Assembly: GCA_965217185.1 (NCBI GenBank)
Contig: OZ244252.1
Span: forward strand, 3,648,001 to 3,712,000
Source of the DNA: an uncultured Candidatus Entotheonella sp.
Lineage (GTDB): Bacteria; Tectomicrobia; Entotheonellia; Entotheonellales; Entotheonellaceae
DNA length: 64,000 nt
Reading direction: 5' to 3'
Shown: positions 52,395 to 62,616 of the stretch, piece by piece
Position numbering within the stretch: the first letter of the stretch is position 1
Layout of the letters: each line of letters starts with the position of its first letter
Notes under the pieces: model-generated
The model's database searches: none
Told to the model about the DNA's origin: nothing
What the model saw: the letters and a program-made list of their open reading frames with translations, nothing else
Position numbers and translations under genes: made by a program

Positions 52395-53267
52395 CTACAA
52401 CCGTAAAAGGCGTTTGACAATCATGACCGGGAGGAGGGATTTGGCCGCCACGGCGTTGGAAATGCTGCCGATCATCAGGCGTTTAAGGCCCGTCATGCCG
52501 CGCGATCCTATGACGATGGCGTCGCACTGGCGGCTGCTGGCGGTTTCCAGAACGGCCTCGGTGACGTTGCCGTAGGCCAGATGGGCCTCGTACGTCACGC
52601 CCGCGGCGGCGGCGCGCGCCTCGGCGTTGGCGAGGATGTCCTTGGCGCCGGAGTTATCGTCGAGGGGGTTCCCGGCGGCGGAAGCGCGGCTGGCGTCGAC
52701 ACACAGGATACAGACTTCCAGACCGTTTTCCTGCGCCAGCTTGAGAGCGTGGTCCACCGCCATGTCCGACCACGGCGAGCCGCCGGTGGCTACCAGCAGG
52801 CGGCGCCACGTGGGCTGGCCGAATTCCACGGCAGGAGGATGCTTGATGACCAGCAGGGGCTGCTCGCAGCGGGCGGTAACGGCGTTCAGGGTGCGCCCGA
52901 TCACGAGGCGTTTCCAGCCGGTGACGACGCGCGACCCGAGGACGATGAGGTCGCATTGCCCCTCATGGGCCGTCTGCAGGATGGTTTCCGGCACGCTGCC
53001 CCACTTGGCGACCGACGTGTAGGGTACCTCGGCGGCTTCGGCCCTGGACGAGGCCTGGGCAATCAGTTCGTGCCCTTGGCGCTCGATGCTTTCCATCAGC
53101 AGCTCGGAGGACGACATCACGTCGGGCATGGTGTAGGCCACCGGACTGGCCAGCACGGTGAGGATCGTCAGGTCGGCGCCGGCGGCGGCGACCAGGGAGA
53201 TGGCGTAGCTCAGAGCGGCGTCCGACCATGGGCTTCCGCCGATGGCCACCAGCACTTTTCTGTACAT
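52395..53267 (-). CDS. Tandem-domain universal stress protein
   Basis: Two Usp domains; IVIGSRGMTGLKRLMIGSIS. Confidence 0.92.
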   Translation of the reverse strand: MYRKVLVAIGGSPWSDAALSYAISLVAAAGADLTILTVLASPVAYTMPDVMSSSELLMESIERQGHELIAQASSRAEAAEVPYTSVAKWGSVPETILQTAHEGQCDLIVLGSRVVTGWKRLVIGRTLNAVTARCEQPLLVIKHPPAVEFGQPTWRRLLVATGGSPWSDMAVDHALKLAQENGLEVCILCVDASRASAAGNPLDDNSGAKDILANAEARAAAAGVTYEAHLAYGNVTEAVLETASSRQCDAIVIGSRGMTGLKRLMIGSISNAVAAKSLLPVMIVKRLLRL

Positions 53268-53315
53268 GACAGCTTCCCTCCTGCCCTTGGCGGGAAATTG
53301 GTCAATCCTGATGCG

Positions 53316-54110
53316 TCAGCGGCCCTGGAACTGCGGGCGGCGCTTCTCGGTGAATGCCTGCACGCCTTCCTGGTAATCCTGGCTGTTGAAGCAATCGGCG
53401 ATGAGCGCGTCGAGCGCCGCCAGGTCGCGCTGTTCGGGCGGCTGCAGCAATTGGTCCACGCTGGCCTTGGCGGAGCGCAGGGTGAGCGGCGCGTTGCGGG
53501 CCATGGTGAGGGCGTAGTCGCGGGTGAACGATTCCAACTCATCCTTGGGGATAACCTGATTGACCAGCCCCATGCGCAGGGCGTCCTGGGCGCTGAAATT
53601 CGTGCGCGCGGTGAAGAAGATTTCCTTGGTGTAGGCCGGCCCGATGAGCTTCATGAGCCGCTCCATGCCGTTGTAGTGGTAGCCCAGTCCCAGGCGGGCG
53701 GCGGGAATGCCGAAGCGGGCGTCGTCCGAGGCGATGCGCATGTCGCAGCCGATGGCGATGCTGACGCCGCCGCCGATGCAGTAGCCGTGGATCATGGCCA
53801 GCAGCGGCTTGTCGAGCGACTTCAGGCTTTCCTGGCCGCGCGCCGAGATGCGCCCGTAGGCCGCCTCGTCCTCCGCGTTGCGCCGCCGTTCCTTGAACTG
53901 CGAAATGTCCGCCCCGGCGACAAACGCCTTCTCACCGGCGCCGCGCAGGATGACCACCCTGATGGCGTCGTCTTCGGCCAGGTCCTTCACGTAATCCGGC
54001 ATCAACTCCCACATTTCCTGGCTCACGGCGTTGCGTTTTTCCGGCTGGTTGAAAATGATCCAGCCAATCGGCCCGTCCTTTTCCATCAGTAGCTTCTCGG
54101 CGTCGCTCAT
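53316..54110 (-). CDS. Enoyl-CoA hydratase/crotonase family
   Basis: AFVAGADISQF, GYCIGGG, DYQEG..AF.EKRRPQFQGR. Confidence 0.92.
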   Translation of the reverse strand: MSDAEKLLMEKDGPIGWIIFNQPEKRNAVSQEMWELMPDYVKDLAEDDAIRVVILRGAGEKAFVAGADISQFKERRRNAEDEAAYGRISARGQESLKSLDKPLLAMIHGYCIGGGVSIAIGCDMRIASDDARFGIPAARLGLGYHYNGMERLMKLIGPAYTKEIFFTARTNFSAQDALRMGLVNQVIPKDELESFTRDYALTMARNAPLTLRSAKASVDQLLQPPEQRDLAALDALIADCFNSQDYQEGVQAFTEKRRPQFQGR

Positions 54111-54159
54111 GCCCGTTTTCTCCTGTGATGTGGCGGTTGCAGTGCCCCGAAACGCGGTG

Positions 54160-54639
54160 TTAGCTGCCTCCCTTAAGCAGGGCCACGCCGATGGCGATGA
54201 CAAATCCAACGCACAGTCCGACCAACCACTGGCGTAACTGGCGCATGTCGGCGTGGGATTCGGTGCGCATTTCAACCAACGTCTGCCTGATGTCCGCCAT
54301 GGTCCGGTGCAAATCGTCAAAGCGTTTGTCCACGGCCTCAAAACGTTTGTCCACGGCCTCAAAGCGATGATTGATGCTCTCGTGGGTCAGATCGAAACGC
54401 TGGTCGACTTGTTGCCGCATGTCGTCGAAGCGTTGGTTGACTTGCTGTCGCACATCGTCCAGGCGCTGATCGACCTGTTGCTGCATGCCGTTGAATTGTT
54501 GCTGCATGCCGTTGAATTGTTGCTGCATGCCGTCGAAACGCTGATTGACTTGCTGTCGCATGTCATCGAAGCGCTGATCTATACGTGTGGTGAACTCGGC
54601 AAACTGTTCGGCACTGACAACCGATAGTGTTTCGGCCAT
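54160..54639 (-). CDS. Coiled-coil repeat protein with C-terminal TM anchor
   Basis: (D/N)QRFDDMRQQV, NGMQQQF and EAVDKRF repeats; hydrophobic tail. Confidence 0.8.
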   Translation of the reverse strand: MAETLSVVSAEQFAEFTTRIDQRFDDMRQQVNQRFDGMQQQFNGMQQQFNGMQQQVDQRLDDVRQQVNQRFDDMRQQVDQRFDLTHESINHRFEAVDKRFEAVDKRFDDLHRTMADIRQTLVEMRTESHADMRQLRQWLVGLCVGFVIAIGVALLKGGS

Positions 54640-55264
54640 GATTCTTTCCCCTGCTGGCTTAGCGGGAGCGGCCGGAGAACCCCAATCCATTCGATAGCTT
54701 CAGGCACACGCCCATTCATCAGCGAAACGCGGGCGACTATACTACGCAACGTCTGCCGCTTCCAGCCGTAAAGCTCGCCGCCCTTTTCGGGATGAGCGGC
54801 AGTGGCGTCATAACATGGGCAGGTGAAGGCGAGCCGCTGCGCTGCGAGTCTGCCCGAAGCCACCAGGGGATCGGGCGCCGCGGCGGTGTTGAGGGGGAGT
54901 CGTGAGGGTGTGGTGGGGACGATTGCGGCTGGCCGTGTGGCTGTGGTTCTGCTGTTGGGTGTGGATTCCCTGGCTGTTTTTCAAGCATCGGCGGCGGGTG
55001 GGTAGCCGAAGGTGAGGGGCGGTATGGTTGCAAAACGGCGGTTTGCGCGACTCCCGAGGACCTGTCGGAAATCGACCTTGAAACGGCAAAACCCTGTTGC
55101 ATAACTCGTTGCGGAATCAAAGCCGCATGCTTCTGGATGAGCGGAAAGCCCTTGATGCGTTATGGTATCCGGTGCCGAAGTAAGGTATCGTTCAGAAATT
55201 CCACAGACAGACAAATCCGGCGTCAGGCAACGATCATCACCTTTCCCCAGGAGGACCCCCGCAC

Positions 55265-57892
55265 ATGCAATCCGCAAGCCGCCGCCCCGTGACGAACGGC
55301 GACCTCGACCACGCCCCCAGGGCCAACGTGCATACCCTCGATAACGGCCTGCAAGTGGTGCTGCTTGAAGACCACAGCGCACCCGTCGTCGCCCTGCAAA
55401 CGTGGGTGCGGTTCGGCAGCGCCGACGAGGACCCGGCCGTGGCGGGCATTGCGCACGTCTTCGAGCACATGCTGTTCAAGGGCACGGAGCGCTTTCCGAA
55501 CGGGGAAATCGCTGCCCTCATCGAGGGCGCCGGCGGCTCGGTGAACGCCTGGACGAATTACGATGAAACGGTCTACCACGTGACCCTGTCCAGCCGCTTC
55601 TGGGAAACCGGCTTCGATGTGTTGAGCGACGCCGTTCTGCACTCCTTCTTCGATCCCACCGAACTGGAGCGCGAGAAGGAAGTGGTGCTCGAGGAGTTCC
55701 GCCGCAGCAAGGACAACCCGGATCACGAAATCGCCGAGCGCCTGTTCGACCTCACCTTCACGACGCACCCCTACCGCCGCCCGATCATCGGTTTCGAGGA
55801 GACCGTGCGGCCCATCCAGCGCGACGACATGCTGCGCGTGTTCAACACCTGGTACGTGCCCAACAACATGATCTTCGTGGCCGTCGGCGACTTCGATTCC
55901 GACACCATGCTGCGCACCGTCGAGGACCGCTTCGGCGCCGTGCCGGCCACGGCATTGCCTGTCAGACCGCGCGCCGACGAGCCCGCTCAGGCGCAGCCGC
56001 GCGTGCTGGCGTTTCCCTTCCGGGCCGAGTTGGCGCGCGTCGAAATCGCCATGCCGTCGGTCGAGGCCACTGATCCGCAAGTCCCGGCGCTCGACCTGCT
56101 CAGCGACCTGTTGGGCTCGGGCTACAATTCCACCCTTTATACCGCTCTCAAGCGCCGCCGCCAACTGGCCCACGAGGTGTATGCCTTCAACTACACGCCG
56201 TGCGACCGCGGCGTTTTCCTGCTTGGCGCCACCTGCATGACCGACGACGTGGCCGACGTGGTGCAGGGGCTGATGCAGCCCGTACGCCAACCTGCCCTGT
56301 CCATCTCCGAGCAAGACTTGGCGGCGGCGAAAACGCGGATCGTCAGCCAGTACGTGCACGCCCGCGAAACGTACCAAGGCATCGCCAGCCAACTGGGCAG
56401 TCACATGCTGGTATACGGCGACCCGAACTACGGCGAGCGCTACGTGGCCGCCATCGAATCGCTGAGCCACGCCGACCTGCAGCAGGCGGCGGCGACGTTT
56501 CTCGATCCGCAGCGCGCCAACCTCGCCCTGCTTATGCCTTCGGACGCCGACCTGCCGAGCCGGGACACCATGCTCGCCTGGACCCGGCACGACGACACGC
56601 TGCGGGCGCCCGCAGCGCCACGCAGCCCTGCCCTTGACTCCGATCGGGGGACGGACAACACCTCCGTCGTGTCGCTGCCGGGCGGCAGCACGCTGATCGT
56701 GCAGACCGACCGCAAGGCGCCGCTTGTTACCATCCGCACCCTACTCGCCGGTGGGCAGCGCAGCGCCCCGCAGGGCAAGGAAGGCATCGTCCGCCTCCTC
56801 AGCGCCACGTGGGACCGCGGCACCAGCATGCGGAGCGCTTCCGAGATTGAACGCGAACTCGACCGCCTCGGCGCCACCCTGGGCGCCTCAAGCGACCGTG
56901 ATTCCGTCCAGCTCGCCGCCCGCTTTCTGCGCGATACCTTCGCCGACGGGTTGGAGCTTTATCTTGAGTTGCTGACCGAGCCCAGCTTCCCGGACGTCGA
57001 AGTGGCACGCGAGCAGGCCGATCAATTGCGCGACCTCGACACCCTGAAGGAAAACCGCTTCCATTACGCGATGCAGCAATTCCTGAGCAAATTCTACGGC
57101 TCCCATCCATACAACCATCTGTCCATCGGCACGCCCGAGGGCCTGTCCACGGTGTCGCGTGATGATCTGGCCGCGTTCCACCAAAGCCTGCTGCGCCCGC
57201 AGAACGCGGTGTACGTCGTCGTGGGCGACATCACCGCCGACACGGTGCTGTCGCGCTGGCATCAGTTGGCGCCGGCGTCGCTTTCCGAGCCCGCCGCTGC
57301 CGTGACGCCCACGGTGCCGGAGGTGCCCACGTGGAGCGAGGCGGTGACCGAGGTGATCGATGTGGAGGGCCAGCAAACGCACGTCATCTGGGGCTTTCCC
57401 ACCGTCACGGGCCGCGACCCCAACCGCTACACGCTGCAGGTGCTCGACACCATTCTCGGCGGCATGGGCGGGCGCTTGTTTGTGGAATTGAGGGACAAAC
57501 GGGGCCTGGCCTACGCGGTCACCAGCTTCGACGCCTATCCGGTCGATCCCGGTTATCTGGCTTTCTACATCGGCTGCACGCCCGAAAAGGAAGGCGAGGC
57601 GCTCAGCGAATTCGAGCGAGTGGTGCAGGAGATTCAGAGCGATGGGGTTACGTCGGAGGAGTTGGAGCGCGCCAAGACCTACATCGCCGGGGCGCTCGAC
57701 ATCAGCCTGCAAAGCACCAGCCAGCGCACCAGCATCTTCGGCCTCGGCATGCTGCACCAGGGCCATTGGAACGCCTACCAGACGTACCTGGAAGCGGTGC
57801 AGAAGGTCAGCCTGGCCGACATTCAGGAGGCGGCCCGAACCTATCTGCAGCCGTCGCGCTCGCTACGCACCATCCTGCGGGCGCAGCGCTGA
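55265..57892 (+). CDS. M16 family zinc protease (fused two-half)
   Basis: LDNGL, GIAHVFEHMLFKGT (HxxEH), NAWT, RLFVELRDKRGLAY. Confidence 0.95.
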   Translation: MQSASRRPVTNGDLDHAPRANVHTLDNGLQVVLLEDHSAPVVALQTWVRFGSADEDPAVAGIAHVFEHMLFKGTERFPNGEIAALIEGAGGSVNAWTNYDETVYHVTLSSRFWETGFDVLSDAVLHSFFDPTELEREKEVVLEEFRRSKDNPDHEIAERLFDLTFTTHPYRRPIIGFEETVRPIQRDDMLRVFNTWYVPNNMIFVAVGDFDSDTMLRTVEDRFGAVPATALPVRPRADEPAQAQPRVLAFPFRAELARVEIAMPSVEATDPQVPALDLLSDLLGSGYNSTLYTALKRRRQLAHEVYAFNYTPCDRGVFLLGATCMTDDVADVVQGLMQPVRQPALSISEQDLAAAKTRIVSQYVHARETYQGIASQLGSHMLVYGDPNYGERYVAAIESLSHADLQQAAATFLDPQRANLALLMPSDADLPSRDTMLAWTRHDDTLRAPAAPRSPALDSDRGTDNTSVVSLPGGSTLIVQTDRKAPLVTIRTLLAGGQRSAPQGKEGIVRLLSATWDRGTSMRSASEIERELDRLGATLGASSDRDSVQLAARFLRDTFADGLELYLELLTEPSFPDVEVAREQADQLRDLDTLKENRFHYAMQQFLSKFYGSHPYNHLSIGTPEGLSTVSRDDLAAFHQSLLRPQNAVYVVVGDITADTVLSRWHQLAPASLSEPAAAVTPTVPEVPTWSEAVTEVIDVEGQQTHVIWGFPTVTGRDPNRYTLQVLDTILGGMGGRLFVELRDKRGLAYAVTSFDAYPVDPGYLAFYIGCTPEKEGEALSEFERVVQEIQSDGVTSEELERAKTYIAGALDISLQSTSQRTSIFGLGMLHQGHWNAYQTYLEAVQKVSLADIQEAARTYLQPSRSLRTILRAQR

Positions 57893-57906
57893 ACTGAAAT
57901 GGTCTC

Positions 57907-58115
57907 GTGAATGTGACAGGGAGTTCCTCAGGCGAGTTCGGCGATACGCCCGTACGCATAGGTTGAATTTCGATTTCGCCCCCAGCCGCAGGAAAGGTAG
58001 TCATGGAGAGATCCGGTTTGGCCCCTGCCGGACTACTGTGCCTCGTGGCGAGATTCCTGCAGGCCCCCTGGCCTCAATGCTGAAGGACTTGTACGTCGAC
58101 AGGAGGGAGCTGTAG
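57907..58115 (+). pseudogene. HicA-like toxin with frameshifted start
   Basis: REFLRRVRRYAR..RKGSHG..TTVP..MLKDL; GTG AAT [GT] GAC has 2 extra nt. Confidence 0.7.
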
Positions 58116-58118
58116 GCC

Positions 58119-58598
58119 ATGCGCTACGCTTATCCGTGCAGCATCGTCCGCGACGAGGAAGAAGAACGGGCGAGTGGGAGAGAAGCCTACACCGTGACTT
58201 TTTCCGACGTGTACGGAGCCAACACGGGCGGCTGGTCCTGGGAAGAAGCTGTGGAGATGGCCAAGGACTGCCTGGGAGTCGCCCTGGGCATGTACGTCAA
58301 GGACCGCGAAGACATACCCGTTCCCAGTTCCTTGGCGGAGGGCCAAGTACTGATCTCCGTAGCGCCCATCGTCGCAGCGAAGCTGGCCCTCTATTCGGCG
58401 ATGCGGGAACAGGGCGTCCGCAACGTCGCCCTTGCCGACCGGCTGGGCCTGCAAGAGAAGGCGGTCCGCCGGCTTCTCGCCCCCGGGCATCGATCTCCCA
58501 TGACGTCGATCGAAAGGGCACTCCAAGCCGTTGGGCGCTCCCTGGTAGTGGAGGACAGCGTAACTATCCAGTGTCCAGAGACATATGCCGCCTCCTGA
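58119..58598 (+). CDS. HicB-family antitoxin with C-terminal HTH
   Basis: YTVTFSDVYGANTGG..EEAVEMAKDCL..IPVPS..AKLALY..LADRLG. Confidence 0.88.
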   Translation: MRYAYPCSIVRDEEEERASGREAYTVTFSDVYGANTGGWSWEEAVEMAKDCLGVALGMYVKDREDIPVPSSLAEGQVLISVAPIVAAKLALYSAMREQGVRNVALADRLGLQEKAVRRLLAPGHRSPMTSIERALQAVGRSLVVEDSVTIQCPETYAAS

Positions 58599-58622
58599 CC
58601 CATCGACCTGATGCACTGCCGT

Positions 58623-58655
58623 TGTCGGATTACGCCTGCGGCTAATCCGACCTAC
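58623..58655 (-). repeat. GTAG-family REP (half REPIN)
   Basis: TGTCGGATTACGCCTGCGGCTAATCCGACCTAC; same family as 62491-62579. Confidence 0.85.
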
Positions 58656-58670
58656 AGTTACATACCCGCA

Positions 58671-60533
58671 TCACTCCCCATCGAACCCCGCTACCAAGCT
58701 GGCATGCGTCATGTCGTACAGGCGCGCGTAAGGCCCATGGCGTCGGACCAATTCCTCGTGCGTGCCGCTTTCCATCAGCCGTCCGTTCTCCAGCACGATA
58801 ATACGGTCCGCCTGCTTCACGGTCGAGAGGCGGTGGGCAATGATGAACGTGGTGCGCCCGTGCAGCAGCGTCTTGAGGCCCGTCTGTACCAGCCGCTCGG
58901 CTTCGACGTCAATGCTGGCGGTGGCCTCGTCGAGGATGAGGATGCGCGGGTCGGCCAGCAGGGCGCGTACGAAGCTGACAAGCTGCCGTTGGCCGTGGCT
59001 CAGCAGGCTGCCGCGCTCGCGGACCTCGGTATCGTAGCCGTGCTCAAGCCGCATGATGCTGTCGTGCACGCCGAGCGCGCGGGCCGCTGCCTCCACCGCC
59101 GCGTCGGTGGCGTCGGGGTTGGCGTAGCGCAGATTCTCGCGCACCGTGCCGCTGAACAGGAAGGGTTCTTGCAGGACGATGGCGACCTGACGCCGCAGGT
59201 CGGCCTGCGACAGCCGCCGCAAGTCGATGCCGTCGATGAGAATGGCGCCCTCGGTCACGTCGTAAAACCGCGTCAGCAGATTGATGAGCGTCGTCTTGCC
59301 CGCCCCGGTGTGCCCCACGATGGCCAGACTCTGCCCCGCCGGTACCTCCAGCGAGAAGTTGTCCAGAACCGGCACGCCGGGCTGGTAATGGAACGACACC
59401 CCACGGAACGCCACCTCCCCCCGCAAGCGCGGCAGCCGTACCGGCGTTGCGTCCTCAAGGACGTGCCGCGGCGTTTCCAGCACCTCGAAAATGCGCTCCC
59501 CCGACGCCATGGCCATTTGCAGCGAGTTCCAGCGAAAGCTGAGGTCGCGCAGCGGCTCGAAAAAGCGGTACATGTAGAGCACGAAGGCGACCAGGACGCC
59601 GGCGCTGAGGTCGCCGTCCATCACCAGCGGCGCGCCGCAGACGACAACCACGGCGATGGCCAGGGTGGTCATCATTTCGATGGCCGGGAAAAACAGGGCG
59701 GACAGGTGCGCGGCCTTCAGTGTCGCGTCCAGATGGTCCGCGTTCAGGCGCTCGAAGCGCCGCATGTTAATCGTCTCGCTGCACAGGCTCTGGATGACGC
59801 GCACGCTGGAGATGTTTTCCTGCAGGCTGGCGTTCACGCGCGCCAGCGCCCGCCGCACCACCTGGAAGGCGCGCCGCGAATGGGTGCGCCAGTATGCGGT
59901 GACGATCAGCACCAGCGGCACCACCACGCTGGTCAGCAGCGCCAGGTAAGGGTGCATGGTGAACAGGACGACGAGGATGCCCACGAGGGTGAGCGCGTCG
60001 CTGAGGATGCTCAGGATGCCGCTGGTGAAGAGGTCCTGCAGGGTGCCCACGTCGTTTTGCACGCGCGACATCAGGCGGCCCACGGATTGGCGGTCGTGAA
60101 ACGCCACGTCGAGGCGCATGAGATGCCGGAACAGCGCCTGCCGCAGGTTCAGCAGAACGCGCTGCGCCGCGCGCATGAGCAGCAGGGTCTGCCCGTATTG
60201 CAGGCCCCAGCCGGCCAGCGTGTTGCCGAGGTAGAACAGTACGATGACGGTGAGGGCGCGCAGAGCCTGCCCCGGACTTGATCCGGGGTCGCCTTGCGCG
60301 ATGGGGCCGTCGAGGGCGAGCTTGATGAGGTAGGGGCCGAGCAGTTGGCTGGCGGCGGTCCCGACCATGCAGACCGCCGCGACGATCAAAACCGTTGTGT
60401 GCGGCGCCGCGAACGGCCACAGGCGGCGCATGACGCGGGCGTCGTACACCCTGCCGAAACGCTTTTCTTCGGCGGGGTCGCGGTGGCCGTTGCTCGGTGC
60501 CGAGTCCGGGCTGCGGGGGGTTGAAGCCCTCAT
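58671..60533 (-). CDS. ABC exporter permease/ATPase (heterodimer subunit)
   Basis: 6 TM, GHTGAGKT, degenerate LSHGQRQ, LDEATA, IAHRLST. Confidence 0.93.
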   Translation of the reverse strand: MRASTPRSPDSAPSNGHRDPAEEKRFGRVYDARVMRRLWPFAAPHTTVLIVAAVCMVGTAASQLLGPYLIKLALDGPIAQGDPGSSPGQALRALTVIVLFYLGNTLAGWGLQYGQTLLLMRAAQRVLLNLRQALFRHLMRLDVAFHDRQSVGRLMSRVQNDVGTLQDLFTSGILSILSDALTLVGILVVLFTMHPYLALLTSVVVPLVLIVTAYWRTHSRRAFQVVRRALARVNASLQENISSVRVIQSLCSETINMRRFERLNADHLDATLKAAHLSALFFPAIEMMTTLAIAVVVVCGAPLVMDGDLSAGVLVAFVLYMYRFFEPLRDLSFRWNSLQMAMASGERIFEVLETPRHVLEDATPVRLPRLRGEVAFRGVSFHYQPGVPVLDNFSLEVPAGQSLAIVGHTGAGKTTLINLLTRFYDVTEGAILIDGIDLRRLSQADLRRQVAIVLQEPFLFSGTVRENLRYANPDATDAAVEAAARALGVHDSIMRLEHGYDTEVRERGSLLSHGQRQLVSFVRALLADPRILILDEATASIDVEAERLVQTGLKTLLHGRTTFIIAHRLSTVKQADRIIVLENGRLMESGTHEELVRRHGPYARLYDMTHASLVAGFDGE

Positions 60534-62308
60534 ACGTGCGACTGCTCTGCGGCAACGGGCGAAACCGGTGGCGCAACTTGTTCGTCTGGGTCACGCGACT
60601 GTTGTCTGTGCACGGTCTGGTACAGCCCCGGCTCGTCCAGCAGTTCGTCGTGCGTGCCGCGCTGTACGATGCGCCCGCCGGACAGCACCAGAATCAGGTC
60701 GGCGTGCCGCAGGGTGTACAGGCGATGGGCGATCACCACGGTCGTTCGCCCCACCATCAGACCCCGCAGCGCGCGCTGGATGAGGAATTCCGTCTCCACG
60801 TCCACGCTCGACGTGGCGTCGTCGAGGATCAGCAGTCGCGGGTCGCGCGCGAAGGCGCGGGCGATGGCGACGCGCTGCCGCTGGCCGCCCGATAGCGTCA
60901 CGCCGCGCTCGCCGACCCAGGTGTCGTAGCCGTGCGGGAATTTCATGATGAAGTCGTGCGCATGCGCCGCTTTGGCCGCCGCCACGATGGCCTCAAGACC
61001 GATGTCGGGGCGCCCGTAGGCGATGTTGTCGCGGATGGTGCTGGAGAACAGCCAGGTGTCCTGCATGACGATGCCGATGTGCCGCCGCAGAGCGTCCAAT
61101 TGCAGGTCCCGGACGTCGATGCCGTCCAGGCTGACGACCCCGCCGGTGGGGTCGTAGAAACGCGGAATCAGTTGCGCCAGGGTGCTTTTGCCGCTGCCGG
61201 TGCCGCCCAGCAGCGCCACCGTTTGGCCCGGCTCGGCGGTGAAGCTGATGTCGTGCAGGATCGGCAGATGGCGGTCGTAGCGAAAGCTGACGCCCTCGAA
61301 GCGCAGGGCGCCGCGCACCTCCGGCAGGGGCCGCGCCCGTGGGGATTCGCGCACCTCGGAAACGGCGTCGAGCACCTCGAACAACCGCCGGCCGCCGGCC
61401 TGACAGCGCGACGTCATGCCGGCGAGCCAACTCATGCGCCGCAACGGGTGCCCCAATTGCACCAGATAACTGGTGGCCGCCACCAGGGTGCCGAGGCTCA
61501 TGCGCCCCAGGATGACCTCCCGGCCGCCGACGTATAGCGTCAGCGCCAGCCCCACCGCCAGCAGAAGCGTCAGCAGCGGCAGGCTCAGCGCCTGGGCGTG
61601 CGTCACCCGCATATGCGCCTTGTACAGGTCGTCGGCCACCTCCGAAAAGGATGCCTCTTGCGACCGTTCGCGCCCGAACGCCTTGACCACCCGGATGCCC
61701 GTCAGGCTCTCCTGCCAGGCCACCGACAGGCGGGCCGTGTGCGCCTGCACGATCTCCTGCAGCGGCCGCAGCCAGCGGCCCATGGTGGCCGACACCGCCA
61801 GAATCACCGTGAAGCCGCCGATGGACAATACCGCCAGGCGCCAATCGAGCCAGGCCAGCGCCGCCGTCGTTCCCACGCCGGTCAACAGGACGCTGAAGAC
61901 CATCGGGAAACCGAAATGGAAGAAGTGCCGCACCGCCTCTACGTCCGACGCAGCGCGCGACATCAGATCGCCGGTCTGCGCCCGGTCGTGATAGGCAAAA
62001 CTCAGCCGCTGCAGCTTGTCGTATAGCTGGTTGCGCAGCCGGTAGGCGAGGCGTTGAGCCAGGAACGCCACCAGGTAATTCTGCCCGTACACCGCGGCGC
62101 TGCGCAGCGCGGTGACGCCGACCAGCAACGCGCCGGCCACGTAGACGAAGCCGGGGTTGTCCGGGTCCAGCCCGTCATCGAGAACGCTCTTGAGGATCAG
62201 TGGGACGGCGAGGTGCAGCAGCACCGACGCGACCGTGCAGGCCAGCGCCCCGGCGAGACGAAGGGGGAAATCGGCGTAGAGCGCACAGAGACGGATAAAG
62301 CCACGCAT
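60530..62308 (-). CDS. ABC exporter permease/ATPase (heterodimer subunit)
   Basis: 6 TM, GGTGSGKS, LSGGQRQ, degenerate LDDATSS. Confidence 0.93.
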   Translation of the reverse strand: MRGFIRLCALYADFPLRLAGALACTVASVLLHLAVPLILKSVLDDGLDPDNPGFVYVAGALLVGVTALRSAAVYGQNYLVAFLAQRLAYRLRNQLYDKLQRLSFAYHDRAQTGDLMSRAASDVEAVRHFFHFGFPMVFSVLLTGVGTTAALAWLDWRLAVLSIGGFTVILAVSATMGRWLRPLQEIVQAHTARLSVAWQESLTGIRVVKAFGRERSQEASFSEVADDLYKAHMRVTHAQALSLPLLTLLLAVGLALTLYVGGREVILGRMSLGTLVAATSYLVQLGHPLRRMSWLAGMTSRCQAGGRRLFEVLDAVSEVRESPRARPLPEVRGALRFEGVSFRYDRHLPILHDISFTAEPGQTVALLGGTGSGKSTLAQLIPRFYDPTGGVVSLDGIDVRDLQLDALRRHIGIVMQDTWLFSSTIRDNIAYGRPDIGLEAIVAAAKAAHAHDFIMKFPHGYDTWVGERGVTLSGGQRQRVAIARAFARDPRLLILDDATSSVDVETEFLIQRALRGLMVGRTTVVIAHRLYTLRHADLILVLSGGRIVQRGTHDELLDEPGLYQTVHRQQSRDPDEQVAPPVSPVAAEQSHV

Positions 62309-62490
62309 CCTCTAAGTCCTCGCAGGGGCGAAAGATAGGTCAAGGTGGGCTGAGCTCGCAGGCTGCAAACAGGCATTCCGAACGAGGTTTTGAAGCGACA
62401 CTATAGAGGCTGAATCGTGTTAAAGTCCAGTTAATCGGCAGCCGCCCAGGGTAAGCGCATATGAGACTTACTACGCGCTCGAGCCTGGAT

Positions 62491-62579
62491 GTAGGTCGGG
62501 TTAGCCGCAGGCGTAACCCGACATTCCGATGCACTGTCCCCCGACCTCTGTCGGATTACGCTACGCTAATCCGACCTAC
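62491..62579. repeat. REPIN: two inverted GTAG REP units
   Basis: GTAGGTCGGGTTAGCCGCAGGCGTAACCCGACA ... TGTCGGATTACGCTACGCTAATCCGACCTAC. Confidence 0.88.
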
Positions 62580-62616
62580 TTTTGACGCCTCGCATGTCAC
62601 AAAGGGGAGCACCACG

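Noticed and set aside
53316..54362. Extended N-terminus of the enoyl-CoA hydratase
   Set aside because: Off-frame overlap with the repeat protein; RBS and homology start at 54110.
54690..55260. ncRNA or small gene in the long intergenic region
   Set aside because: Some hairpins, but no recognisable family or credible ORF.
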